A stretch of DNA of 64,000 bases from positions 1 to 64,000 of the forward strand of contig NW_003314434.1 of NCBI RefSeq assembly GCF_000143415.4. Direction: 5' to 3'. The notes under the pieces were generated by a model that was not told the origin of the DNA, searched no databases, and saw only the letters and a program-made list of their open reading frames with translations. This DNA comes from Selaginella moellendorffii. Its lineage: Eukaryota; Plantae; Lycopodiophyta. A program made the position numbers and the translations under genes. Each line of letters begins with the position of its first letter. Position 1 is the stretch's first letter. Positions 11,656 to 24,268 of this stretch are shown piece by piece.

Positions 11656-12509
11656 ATATCTCAAAAGTTAGGTCTATTCCATTGCTATCCTATAGTAATT
11701 AAAATGTGAAAATCATGATTTTGTCTTAAGCATATGCTAGAAGATAAAGATGATTTTATCTTGAAGCATATGCTAAAAGATAACCATGCAAAGTAAAAGA
11801 GGATCCATGACAATCAAAAGGTGGTAATATACCCATACAAGCAATAACTTGATAGATATAAAGGAATTCAAAGTGCTCAACCACATGTTGTGTGGCATCA
11901 GAATTAATAATAAGAGTAAAAAACAACTAATAGTTAATAAAGCACCAGTAACATGAGTATGATTGTGTTGAAAATCCTTAGTTAAAAATAAAATAGGAGA
12001 AGATGAGTCATCAATAGTAGTATATGTCTATCGTTGTTATCTATTAGAACTAGTAGCAATATAAGCTTCAGGGACTTGCCATGGATGAGGAATAACATGA
12101 GAAGTTGAATAAGTATTATTTAGACGTTGACAAAAAAATTAGGAAATATGGCCAAAACGATTTTAAATATATAGTAGGGATGGGCGTGGTTGACCAACTT
12201 GAAACATCATCTAACTTCTTATTAGGCATGTTTATTTTTGTTTTATGTTTGGCTTAAGTTTAAGCCCAAACTTTGTACTATATTAGCTGGTGGAATATCT
12301 TTATGTTAGGCCACCATTATGCTAAAATAGTCCTTTAGCTCCATTTTATGTGATAGTTTTGATATTGGAATGCTAAAAGCTCTATTCCTTATTCCTTATT
12401 TGTTCTTATTCCTTTGTTCATTAGCTTTATATATACTCAATCATCCCTTTGTTTAGTGGCCAAGGCCCTAAAACTTAGGTGCCACTCTATTGCCATTAGC
12501 ACATATATA

Positions 12510-13010
12510 TATAAGCTTTTAAATTTGGATTTCTCATAATGTCACTAACCCCAATACTATTTAAACTTAAGGACAATATTTTAAAACCCTTAACTGATTA
12601 AAAAAAGGGGTGCACTTTTATTTATCCCTTTATATTTGAACTCTATAGATCAATGTCTCAAATCATTCCCTTTGGTTTTTTATAATTCATTATGTTTCTC
12701 TATACAGTTGCAACTCTTTTAACACTATACAAGTCAAGCCCAATAGGAATAAATTAGACTTGCCAAATGTTAATCTTAACACATGGTATGATTCCTCTAG
12801 CTAACTAAACGTCAAACCCAAGACCCTTTTAATACCAAATGTAAGCTCCTAAATTTAAATTTTTTGGGAGGTCACCCAATTTAGTTTATTCAAACCCAAG
12901 AACATTTAACCCTAAGTATTCCAAGACCTCTAACTGATTAGAAAAAAGGTTGCACTTTTATTTATAGGCCTTTCCCCTTATATTTGAACCTCATATATCA
13001 TCTCTCGAAT
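12510..13010 (-). mobile_element. Cassandra-like TRIM: two related LTRs with 5S rRNA-like domain around a short internal region
   Basis: LTRs at about 12510-12782 and 12840-13010. Degenerate tRNA-iMet PBS (ttttaatacca + aa + tgt) at 12827-12842. gggaggtcaccca...cccaagaacatttaac at 12866-12910 resembles the reverse complement of the 5S internal promoter region. Confidence 0.7.
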
Positions 13011-13184
13011 CAATTAGAAACTAACACACGAATCAATTAGAAACTAACTTGAGACCTTCAATCCCCAAGAAGGTTCATGCAAGTGGTCATGAGTAAGGAT
13101 AAACTTGATATTACTAGAATACTCCAAGTTGTGAGAAAATAGATGTGCCTTGGTGATAAGCTGGAATACAATAGAGAAGTGCTA

Positions 13185-15415
13185 ACTTTCCCCCTTAACT
13201 ACTCTTACATGGTGGCAACTGCCATTTCTTCACGAGTCATGACTGTCAATTACAGAGCTTTACACTTTCTTTAGAAAGCTAGTCATTGATGTATTGTGTT
13301 TCCACGCATACTGTCCTTTAAAAGGACATATCTTTAGAGTTAGGATTTTGCTCTTTGCAATGGAGTGTCAAGTTTGAGTCCCTGTGGTAACTTTCTTGAG
13401 TTTTTTCTTTGTTGGTGTGGTAGTGTTGGAGAAGCTTGCTTTGTGTTGGTGTTTGGCAAGTTTATTGATGAGTCTTAAAAGATTCTTTAGTCTCTAAGTC
13501 TTGTTTTTTGTTAAAGTTCTTCAAGTTGTTATTTTTCTTCATGTTGTTTTCTTGAGCTTGATTTTTCTTGGATTTTTGAATTTAAGCTTTATGTTTTTTG
13601 ATTGTGTTAAGTTTTTGAGCTTGAACTTTGTAAATCTTAAATATGTTGAAATCTTGAGTTTGAGTTTTCATAGTCTTGATCTCTTGATCTTCATGCCTGT
13701 AGTTCTTCTTGATGTTTCGTTCTCGATCTTTAAAATTGAAAACCTTCATTTCTTTCAATGTCGTTTTTGATGATGTTTGAGTCGTATGATTAATATTTCT
13801 TGAGCTTGTTAAGGTTGACAGTTTGGAGATGCTCGCCATCGAATGTTACAATTGTTGCCATTCCTAGAGCTTTAAATTTTTGGATGAGGAATGGTCCTTC
13901 CCATCTTGAATTCACTCTCAAGCCAATTTTTCCAATATTTCTTAAGTGTCTTGTTTGTCAACTCTGCTTAACTGTTGCCTTGAGGGTAATATGGTGTTAA
14001 AGCCTTATGTTTGAGGATGTTCTTAAGTGTCTTGTTTGTCAACTCTGCTTAACTGTTGCCTTGAGGGTAATATGGTGTTAAAACCTTATGTTTGTTTCAC
14101 TTGAAGCTTGTTATGAGTAGTCTAACAAAGTCGAGTTCCTATCATTGAAATAGTTCTAGTGGTGTTGTTGGATGAAGCTCTTGAGTTTGTTTCTTTAGTG
14201 TGTACTTGGTTTGTTGACAAATGTCACATTCTCAACAAAATTTTGCTAAGTTATGCCAAAGTGTTAGCCACTAGAGTCCTACTTGCAAAATCTTGTGAGC
14301 TGTGATTTCTTTTGTGAAGTGGCCTCTTGCTTGTCCACAGTGGGCTTCTTCGAATAGATCTTGAGTTCTTCAAATTGTACACATCTTCATAGTACATTGT
14401 CTCGTCCTTTTTTGTACAATCTTCCTCCCACAACTGAATATGGTCTTGTCCTTAAGACAAATTATTTATGGTGATTAGAGATGGAGTATCGATTTAGTAT
14501 TATTGTTGTTATGAGGTAGTAGTAGATGTCATTCGTCCATGTTGATGATGTGTGGATGCAAAGTATGTTGGAGTCAGGAAAGTCATCCATGTTGTATTTT
14601 AGTTGTTCACTAGTTATAAGGTTGGCTTATACATGTTCTTTGCCAGGTTTGTGAATAATTTCGAAGTTGTATTCTTGAAGTAATAAAAACTATCAAGCAA
14701 TTCTACGGATGAAGATGGTCTTGTTGAGGAGGTGTAAAAGTGCTTTGTGGTCAACCATGCTCTTGACTTTAGTGCCGAGTAGGTAGTGTCGAAACTTTTA
14801 TAATGCATAGACCATTCCTAAAACTTCTTTTTCAATGGTGATGTAGTTCATCTCAGCTGAGTTGAGTCTTCGGCTCGTATAGTAGATTGGTCGGTCTTTG
14901 AGGTCTTGTTGTGAGAAAGTATTGCTCTGATGGCATAATTAGAGGCAACGATGTGTATTGAAATCTTTGTCCTAGTTTGGTTGAGCGAGTATTGGAGCCC
15001 TTGTTAAGGAATTCTTGAGCATGTCAAATGCTTGTTGGCAATCTTGAGTCCAGTTGTAGACGTGATTTTTCTTCAAAAGATCTATAAGGGGTTTTGCAAT
15101 CTTCACATAATCTTTGATGAAGCGTTGATGGTATCTCATTTTGCCGAGGAAGGATCGTAGTCTAGTGGTGTTTGTTGGGTGTTGCATATTGATGATGGCA
15201 AAAGTCTTAGCTTTGTCAATGAGGATGCCTTTTTTGCAGATGATGTGCCCAAATAGGATGCCAGATTTGACGAAGAAGGTAGATTTGTCAGGGTTTAAGG
15301 TGATGTTGTTCTCTTGACATTTGATGAAGCATTTCTCAAGATGTTGGGGATGTTATTTTTTGCTGCTAAAGATGCTGAAGTCATCCATAAAAACTCACAT
15401 GAAGTTGGTGAGGTA
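13185..15415 (-). mobile_element. Decayed, truncated Ty3/gypsy pol fragment (RT, RNase H, integrase C-terminus, PPT)
   Basis: VFMDDFSIF (about 15395), LRSFLG..Y..RFIKDY..IAKPL..LLKK (14972-15187), RNase H remnants, WEGPF (about 13900), minus-strand purine tract at about 13190. Confidence 0.8.
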
Positions 15416-15558
15416 ATATAGTGCTTTCAATCTGTATTCTACTCTTTCTTCACGCTTACCATGACTCTTCTATTCTAAACAAGTATATTGTACATTATCA
15501 TGTGACTAAGAAGCTACACATGTCTTTTTATTAGTCAAAGATGTGATATGATATTATT

Positions 15559-15561
<3 letters not shown>

Positions 15562-15609
<48 letters not shown>
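15562..15609. repeat. (AT)n microsatellite
   Basis: Read directly from the sequence. Confidence 0.95.
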
Positions 15610-15610
<1 letters not shown>

Positions 15611-15619
15611 CTATGTTTA

Positions 15620-17832
15620 ATGCCAAACTCATAATACTCTTCATGTTACAGAAGGACAATTGGAGTCAATTGTAATTTCCCATCCATTTAAGTTGGTGAT
15701 GTTGATTTGATAGGGCCTTTTTCCATAGTCAATTCATGGCAATGAATATATCATTATTGCCTCTAACTACTTGATTCATTGGGTGGAAGCTAGTGCTTTT
15801 GCTAGTGCATTTGTGACTATTGTTAAATACTTCTTCCAAAATTGAGTGGTATTTTAGCATTCATGTCTATAGTAGATTCTCTCAAATAAAGTCTCATATT
15901 TATAGTTAAGATATTTCACATTTTAATGTCTTAGCTAAGGATACACAACACTTTCACAAGTGCTTATCATTTATGAACCAATGGTTTGGTATAATAGCTT
16001 ATTCAGACTTTCAAAAGGATGATTAGGATTTAAATTGGGATGATTATTTGCCACTTCTTTAGTATATGTATGGCATAGGGGTACAAAGTTTCATTAGTGC
16101 TTCACTATATGAACTTCTATATGGTTATGATTTGATATTATCAATGGAGTTGAATTCACTTTTACAATTACTATGAACTACCAATGCTAAGTCTTAGGAT
16201 TAGTGTTTGACGAGCATTTTTCCACTATTCAAGTAGCATTTATTAAACATTTAGTATAGCACACATGGTTTTCACCCTTTATTCTATAGTGATTTATTAT
16301 AGGATAACTATGAAGCAGAACCTAAATTTTTTATATGCCACATATCCAAGGACAGCGGAGTGGAACTCGAGTTTTAGGGCCTTAAGCCATTAAACAAAAG
16401 AATGGAATCAAACTCCCAAGCTTGCAGCTAAGGAGCAAAGGAACTAGAGTATAGAGTGACTCTTGAGCATTTAGCCCAAGAAGCAAAAGAATAGAAGCAT
16501 GAAGTGATATAAGAATAGTCCTAGAGCATCAAATATCCTAATGCCAAGATTAACACACAAAACAGAGCTAAACAGAGCCAAATAAAGTTTAGTGTTATTT
16601 TAGCATATCAGTGGCTTAACACAAGGATATGGGTACTCCACTAGCTAGTATGGTATAGAACTTGGGTTAAACCGAATGCAAAACAAAAATAGATGTGCAA
16701 ATATGCCTTAGGTTAATTGGCCATGTTTGACATACCCACTATCCCTACTACACATTTGAACTTCGGAAAACATGCTTTAAGTTATCACCCTTAATACCAA
16801 GAGTTAGTATTTGGAATAAGCTTGAAATTTATTTAGTGAATATTAAAGAACCAAGCTCAATATAATAGGGGTTACATATGAGCTTCTCATACTGAGTCGA
16901 GTATGCTCAGCAAGAAACATATAAAAGTTCCTATATTATGTTTATCTAGTATAAGTACATACATGATGACCAGTTTCTCAATTAGCTTGGGTGGAGATTG
17001 ATAAAGAATCTAGCAATACCAACCTCTTGTTGTCGTGGCAGTAAAGAAAAAATATCTGAAATGACTCATTCATAGGTAATTTTCGATACCTACAATCATA
17101 TTCCCAACACTTGAGTTGCATACAAATGGGATAACAATGGTGTTACAACTCCCATCATTGTTAACCTATAGAGTATAAAGCAGATGACCTTATGTTAATT
17201 AATCTTCCCAATCTTATAGTGTATAGTTTGTCTAAATAGCTCCTTACTTATTGGAAGAGACTGTATTAAATATTGTGGTAAGTTGGATGTAAGCTCTTGA
17301 ATTTATACTTCTCGGGAAGTCATCTAAATCAGTACTATTCAAAGTATTCCAAGACCCTTAATTAATTAAAAAAAGGGGGTGCACTTTTATTCATCGGCCC
17401 TTTTCCCCTATATTTGAACTTTTATGGATTGTCTCTCAAATTGTTTTTTTTACATTGGACACAAGTATATAAGGTTTGGCATGACATTCAATAGATTGAT
17501 CCTCTAAAAATTGTGCATATAAAATAGCTGAAATACTTCATACAAAAGGATCATAAATAACTAGCATCTATAGATCCACTAGTTCCTCCACTTAATATTC
17601 CTCCAAATCCCTATCAACCAAACAATTATAACTACTTTCCATTCTTCTAAGAGGAGAGGATGATATGAGGTTTAAGTGTATGGTTACAATGCCATTTATT
17701 ATTATTACTGTAATGGGATTTTAATAGCCATTGAATTGGTTTCAATTTAGACCATTAATAATTGAATATGCATATTTAGCTAATTGAATATGCATATTTT
17801 TGTATTTTATTTCCATATTTCATGCACTTACA
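15620..17832 (+). mobile_element. 3' part (integrase, PPT, 3' LTR) of a second copy of the 5764 gypsy family, with nested insertions
   Basis: Colinear with 9660..10654. PPT gaggagaggatga at about 17651; LTR-like tatgaggtttaagtgtat...catgcacttaca at 17664-17832. Confidence 0.7.
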
Positions 17833-18537
17833 GATTTTCTTTTTATTTTTATTTACAGAGTAAAGTCATATACCTAGATATCTAAATATATTCTTGGATA
17901 TTCTCTAATCTAAGGGCTCTTAAACTTTCTCTAATTAACTTGTAATCAGTGTTTACAGTTAATTGTCTAACTTATCACTAATCTAAATAATCTATATTGA
18001 AAAACTATTAACACTTATTAACACTAACATGTAACAGAATGCCAATTTAAACCTTAAAAATAAATTTAAAATTAACATCATTAAGCCCTCCACACTCATG
18101 GTTTCATTCTGTAATATAGAGGGCACAAAATCCAGCCGTCTAAGATTGATGGCCTGATGGTTAAACACAAAAGAACTTAAGAGAGTTAAACATTGTTCTA
18201 GCTATTTAAAAACTAAAGACTAGTGGGGACACCATTTCTCACCATTTGTCCTGAAGTGCAATAGCTAACAATTAACATTATGCAAATGCCTCAATCTAAA
18301 CAAGTGCCTAGCCTCATTAGTTGTTATGTTTAGCATTCAAGTATGTTAAGAAATATATTAGAATATACATTGTGATATATTTTAGATAGCACAAAAAATA
18401 ATTTAAAAAGAGGAGTAGTGTATTTTAAATAGTACAACAAATTATTTAAAAAGAGTAGTACTCAATGGAATTTAAGGATTGGTTCCTCGAGGTATGGAAG
18501 AAACTAGAAACCTAGACAGATAAAATTGATGGATCAA

Positions 18538-18580
<43 letters not shown>

Positions 18581-18830
18581 GTTTGTTTGTTTCTATGATT
18601 TTGCAGAGTCCTCAAAAAAAGGTACTTGGCATTGAGGTTCAACCATAGGCAAAAAGAAACTCCGCTGATGTTTTATAGGGAAACGTTTTCCTACAGGCCT
18701 TTCTGAATTGAATCCACGGAACCTGGAAGTCAAAACAAGAGAGTAGCTTCAGAACACTTAAAAGCTCACCCCTGCAAGTTCTGTTGTGGTGAGTGAATGG
18801 TCAAAGGTGCGAATATTCTCTCTACAAAAA
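16915..18830 (+). repeat. Second segmental duplication; partner at about 26099..27990
   Basis: Long near-identical colinear sequence, including the nested solo LTR, the gypsy 3' LTR and a CT microsatellite. Confidence 0.9.
17288..17454 (-). mobile_element. Solo Cassandra-like LTR with 5-bp TSD (TTGGA) inserted in gypsy integrase
   Basis: TG...CA ends, with ttgga at 17283-17287 and 17455-17459. The empty site is seen at about 10261. Carries acttctcgggaagtcatc..agtactattc (5S-like). Confidence 0.8.
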
Positions 18831-18884
18831 TTTGAATAAGTTTTTCTACATTTCCATGGAATACGAGTCATTGTTTAGGGTATC

Positions 18885-19380
18885 ATGAAGAAAACACTCA
18901 TTCTTGATCTAGACAATCCACTGGTATACGCTCATAAGGATCTCGTCTCTTCTGTAGATTTCAGCATGGAATTTGACGATGATGCACCACTCCACATCAT
19001 GAAGAGATTAGGTGTAGATGAATTTTTGGGGAAGGTTTCAAATGTGTACGATATTGTGGTGTTTAGTGCCGCCCAGGAGAAGTATGTCAACCTTGTGGTT
19101 GACCATCTGGATCCTACTCGGAGGCTTGTGTAGAGGAGGCTACATGGTGGCAATTGTGTTGTTCTAAAGGACGGGATGAAAGTCAAGAATCTTGACCATG
19201 TAGGGTTTTGGGATTTCAAGCGGGACTTCTTGGCAGATGTAGCCCCTTTCCTTCTTGCCCTGCCAAAGTGTGTGGACTTTACCGAAGTTACCCATCCCTG
19301 GAATATTGGACAATGTGGAGAAGCAAGGCAAATTGTACGTCCCAGATCCATTCGATGATGAATGGGTTGTGTTTAACTGA
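18885..19380 (+). pseudogene. SCP/CTD phosphatase pseudogene copy
   Basis: Homolog of 3398..3985 with DLDNP, an in-frame TAG at 19131 and an internal deletion. Confidence 0.9.
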
Positions 19381-19519
19381 TTATTGTATTTTGTAATATA
19401 TGGTATAATTTTCCCCCCAATAGTTTATGGAAGTGACTTTCGAGGATTTCCTGCATGTCTTGTGTAAAACAAAATGGTAAAACAAGCCAAAAGAACACCA
19501 AGTTTTCAAGCTCTTCTGC

Positions 19520-19825
19520 TTCAAAAGTGTATCATCCTAGTAATGAGCTCACAACTTTTGCTTGACCGAGCCTGAAAGAGATTGGTAAAAAAGAGCTACC
19601 TCCTGGTACTTGATATATTAGGCAAACATGAAGGCAAAGAAGACCGGGAAGCCGACCAAGACACCCGCGACAACACCCAAATGTCATGTCGTAGCCAAAG
19701 TAACTCTCCACAAACGCCTTGACAGTCATGTATCACGCATTGGGTGTCATGAGGCGCACAAGATCATTTGCATACTGGGATGCGATCCAGCCATACAAAT
19801 CCAATAGTGATCCACATTCTCGGAA
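19520..19825 (-). pseudogene. Degenerate PDR last-exon and 3' UTR copy
   Basis: [13 protein letters not shown] in ORF 19532..19729 matches the PDR C-terminus at 36116..36427. Confidence 0.85.
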
Positions 19826-21295
19826 AGTCCAAGAAAAAGCAAAAAGCTGTTTATATCCAACTTAGGTTTGGTGGTCAACACTAAACCAAAAACAATGAAG
19901 ATGAATAGGACGATGTTATTGTCCCTGCCCTACAAGTATTTTTACGTGTTTTCGTTTGCAGCAGAGGAACCGCGGTACTGAATATCCACATTCTGGTATT
20001 GAAATTAAGCTGGTCACTTGAGCGATTAGTTTTTAGCTGATCAAAACGGTTGTAATGTACAATGTTTAAATCCTGATTTTCATTTGTGAATACTTTAGTG
20101 TTCTTAATTTGGATTTTCTTTACATTTCGCTTTATAGATATAAAGAATATACCTAAATATCTAAGTATATTCTAGAATATTCTCTAATCTAGCAACTTTA
20201 AAGTTTTCATATAAAAAACTATGAAGTTCTTTATTTTGCCTCATATCTAGAACTGGAAGAGTATCAAGTAAAATTTGAAAAACTATATAAAACTGAGAAA
20301 CTCTATATTATCCTATAAATTACAAGGATTAACACTGACAAAGAGTCTAAAATTAACATCATTAATCTAGAGGGCACAAAATCCAACTTCTGGACGTGTT
20401 TTAAGATTGATGTCATGATGGTTAAACACTAAACAACTTAAAAGAGTTAAAGTTTGTTCTAGCTATTTGAAAACTTGCCTCAATCTAACCAAGCACCTAG
20501 CTTCATTATTTGTTATTCTTTGCATTCAAGTATGCAAAGAAATCAGTGGAATTTAACGATTGGTTCCTCAAGGTATGAAAAAAACAAGAAACCTGGATCA
20601 ATTCATATATATATATTTCTCTCTCTCTCCATTTGACTCTTCCTTTCTATAATTTTGCAGACTCGTCAAAAAAGGGGCTTTGAGGGGGCAAAAAGAAACT
20701 CATTCACCCTGTACCAACAGAACTTGCAGGGGTGAGCTTTTGAGTGTTCTGAAGCTACTCTCTTGTTTTGACTTCCAGGTTCCTTGGATTCAATTCAGAA
20801 AGGCCTGTAGGAAAACGTTTCCCTGTAAAAAGGTCGACAGGTCAAAGGTGCGAATATTCTCTCTACAAAAATCAACAATCCCGCCATTTTCTTCATCGCA
20901 TCTCCCGAGAATTGGGATAGCTCTCCAGCTTCCACTCGATCTCTGCCCACTATAGGTGAGATGCATGGACCCTACAAGAAGCCAGCCGTGGACACCACGC
21001 TGTTGCATCTCCCGTCAATGTGCTGTTTACCAATCCTGTTCCTTGAACCGAACCTGACTACAAGAATGTCGGAAGCCCTTGAGTTGTTCAGCAACCTTGA
21101 TCGAGAACAACTCGGCCTGGCAGAAATGCAATGAACTGGCAACGAATTCATATTTCTGAATCGAAATCAGCATGCTGAAAAAGACCAAGACTACAAAGAT
21201 GACAAAAAGGAGCAAGTAAATCTAAACAACTACAACGATCAGCTGCAAACAGACATGTTAGAAGCCAAGCAGAGAATCAGAGTAATGAAAGAAAC

Positions 21296-22511
21296 TCACC
21301 AAACAGATTGCCAGGCAGGATCGCAGAGGATGTCGCGCGCGGATGGACGCTGGTCGCGTCTTGCTGCGACCAGCTCCAACACCTTGGGCGCAATTGATGG
21401 GTGTTGGTACGCCCAGTCTGCTGGTAAAACGCCATCCCGGACGTCAATCAATACCGACTCCCTTTCCTACACAGATTCACCGAACTAAGCAAGCACGTTG
21501 CACAAACTGCAGCCAAACCTGGTCCGGGGGACACCTCCAATGAAGTTCGAAGAGTATAACTCCAAGCGCAAGCATGTCAGTGTAGGTTGAGTTGCTCCGG
21601 CGCTGGGGAGAGTAGTAAACTGCTCTCCCCTTCTTGATATTTTCGGTCTCGAGCATGGACTCCTTATTTTTAGCTGTAAGCCAACAAATGAGAGATGGAA
21701 GAGATGTTTCATTTGCCTACCAAGACCGAAATCTCCCAGCTTGATGCGTCCATCGTCTGTGACGAAGATGTTGTGTGGTGCTATATCCCGATGAACACCC
21801 ACGTTGTCGTGCACATGCGCCACAGCTTGAAGAAGCTGCCTAAACGCATCTGCAGGTGGTGACTCACCGCCGAGGAGCACCGACTGGAGCGAGCGGCCAC
21901 AAAACTCCATGACAATGTACACTTTCGACTTGCCCGGCTCGCCTTCCTCCTTCCACATGTCGAAGTATTTGACTATGTTGGGGTGTTCGCAGCGCTGGAG
22001 CATCTCTCCCTCCTTGAAGACGAGCGCGACATCCTGGTCTCTGGACTTCGTTGCTGTGCGAACCTTGATGACTTTGATGGCGTAGATTTGTTCGTCCTCC
22101 TTGCTACGGCACTTGTATACTTTCCCGGACGCCCCCTGGCCAACACAAGCGAGCACTTCGTAGCTGCTGCAGAAGCGGCCTGGACAAGAGAGACAAGGGG
22201 CCACTCAGAAGCGAAAAGATGCCAAAGAGACAAATTATTGTATCCACCTGCTGCTGCAACTGGAGTCTCCCCTCCCTTTTGGATCGATTCCACGATCCCG
22301 GTCACAACATTCGCCGAGAGCATCTTGAATCTCTCCAAGCGTTGCGCCATTGCGAGGAATTGCCGAACATATTCTGCAAGTCATGAATCAAACCAGCAAA
22401 GAGTCGTGTCAGCCAACAAAAGGAATTCCTCGTACCAGCGTCAGGAGCAGCCTGCAACGCGGATGCATCATGATCAGTTTCTCCTGCTCCTGCTTCAACG
22501 AGGATCTTCAT
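21296..22511 (-). CDS. Second copy of the eIF2alpha-kinase-like gene (apparently intact)
   Basis: ORF-track translations are identical to copy A, and the same splice sites occur at +19682. Confidence 0.78.
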
Positions 22512-23079
22512 CAGACAAGTGCAGATGTTTCAAGTTTTGACCAACCTGATCGAGCTCGGTTAATCGGATCCAGTGGGCGGGTCCTTTCGAGCATGACGTC
22601 GGATCGCTTCTGAGTGTGTAGTTTCTTCGGACCAGCAGCTCTCTTCCTCTCCATGGTGGACTCTGGTCAGTGTTAACATTGTGAGTCGTTGCTGAAAGCA
22701 CAAAAGAGATTGAGGAGTCGTTACTGCACTTATCCAACGGCTGGAGCCTAGAATGCGCACATCAGCTGTCCGTCAATGGATTCACAACAAACTTGCTACA
22801 ATTGCATGTTCACCTCCTTCCGCCTCGCCAACAGTAGGCCGCAAACCAGCAGCGCACTCACCTCTGCCCTTGCCAGACGATCACGGCAGCCCTAGATTTG
22901 GAATCTAAGCTGCATTGAGGATCGACGTGCTCCTCCGGCTCCCTTGGGCTTTGCCAATAGTAGGGTACAAGAATACAAAAGGCCACGTCGGATAGAGTTT
23001 AGGGCAGACGTGGCACCTTTGGTCACCTTTTGTGGCCCTTCTTCATTTCCACGGAATACGAGTCATTTTTTAGGGTATC

Positions 23080-23669
23080 ATGAAGAAGACACTCATTCTC
23101 GATCTAGACAATACACTGGTATACGCTCATAAGGATCTCGTCTCTTCTGTAGATTTCAGCATGGAATTCAACGATGATGCACCACTCCACATCATGAAGA
23201 GACCAGGCGTAGATGAATTTCTGGGGAAGGTTTCAAAAGTGTACGATATCGTAGTGCCGCCCAGGAGAAGTATGTCAACCTTGTGGTTGACCATCTGGAT
23301 CCTACTGGGGGGCTTGTGTCGAGGAGGCTACATGGTGGCAATTGCGTTGTTCTAAAGGACGGGACGAAAGTCAAGAATCTTGACCATGTAGGGTTTCGGG
23401 ATTTCAAGCGGGTGGTGGCACTGGATGACATTATTGACTTCTACCAAGGTCATCAAGAGAGCGTGGTGGTGGCTCCAAAGTTTGAGGGGTCAAAGGATGA
23501 CCACTTCTTGGCAGATGTAACCCCGTTCCTTCTTGCGCTGTCAAAGTGTGTGGATTTTACCAAAGTTACCCATCGCTGGAATATTGGACAATGTGTGGAG
23601 AAGCAAGGCAAATTGTACGTCCTAGATCCATTCGATGATGAATGGGTTGTTTTTAACTGTATTTTGTAA
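23080..23669 (+). pseudogene. SCP/CTD phosphatase copy with frameshift
   Basis: A 7-nt deletion (ggtgttt) near 23252 splits the ORF into 23080..23355 and 23283..23669. Confidence 0.88.
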
Positions 23670-23809
23670 TAAATGTTATAATTTTCTGCCAAAGTGTAAT
23701 TTATGCAAATGAATCTTAGTGAACTTTTGAGCTCAGGATTTCCTACATGTCTCATGTAAAACAAAATGGCAAAACAAGAAAAACAGCACACCAAATTTTC
23801 AAGCTCAAA

Positions 23810-24135
23810 ACTGTATCATCCTGGTAATGAGCCCACAAACTTTTGCTTGACCAAGCCCAAAGTGATGAAAGAGATTCGAAAAAAAGAGCTACCTCAGTTG
23901 GTACTTGATACACTAGGCAAACATGAAGGCAAAAAAGACTGGGAAGCTGACCAAGATACCTGTGACAACACCCAAAAGTCATGTTGTAGCCAAAGTAACG
24001 CCTTGACAGTCGTGCATCACACATTGGGTGTCGTGAGGCACACAAAATCATTTCCATATTGGGATGCGATCCAGCCATACAAATCCAATAGTGATCCACA
24101 TTCTCAGCAAGAAAAGCACAAAGTGGAATGGAATG
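23810..24135 (-). pseudogene. Degenerate PDR last-exon copy
   Basis: YFGYNMTFG remnant; colinear with 36050..36400. Confidence 0.8.
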
Positions 24136-24268
24136 TCCAAGAAAAAGCAAAAAGCTGTTTATATCGAACTTAAGTTTAAACCATATATTCATTAATTTGG
24201 GAGAATCCACAGTCTCAAAATAAGATTTTATTTGAGAATATTCATAAGAATAATATTAATTTCAATAA

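Larger units (their letters stand above)
19706..23806 (+). repeat. Segmental duplication unit, copy B
   Basis: Near-identical to 25..4139. Confidence 0.95.

Noticed and set aside
12858-12910. A 5S rRNA gene
   Set aside because: Only a degenerate internal portion embedded in an LTR; the 5S ends are missing.
13946-14095. Local direct repeats (also in the 5' LTR at 5850-6062 and at 13010-13048) as a possible array
   Set aside because: Two-copy slippage duplications in dead retroelements, with no repeat-spacer structure; not CRISPR-like.
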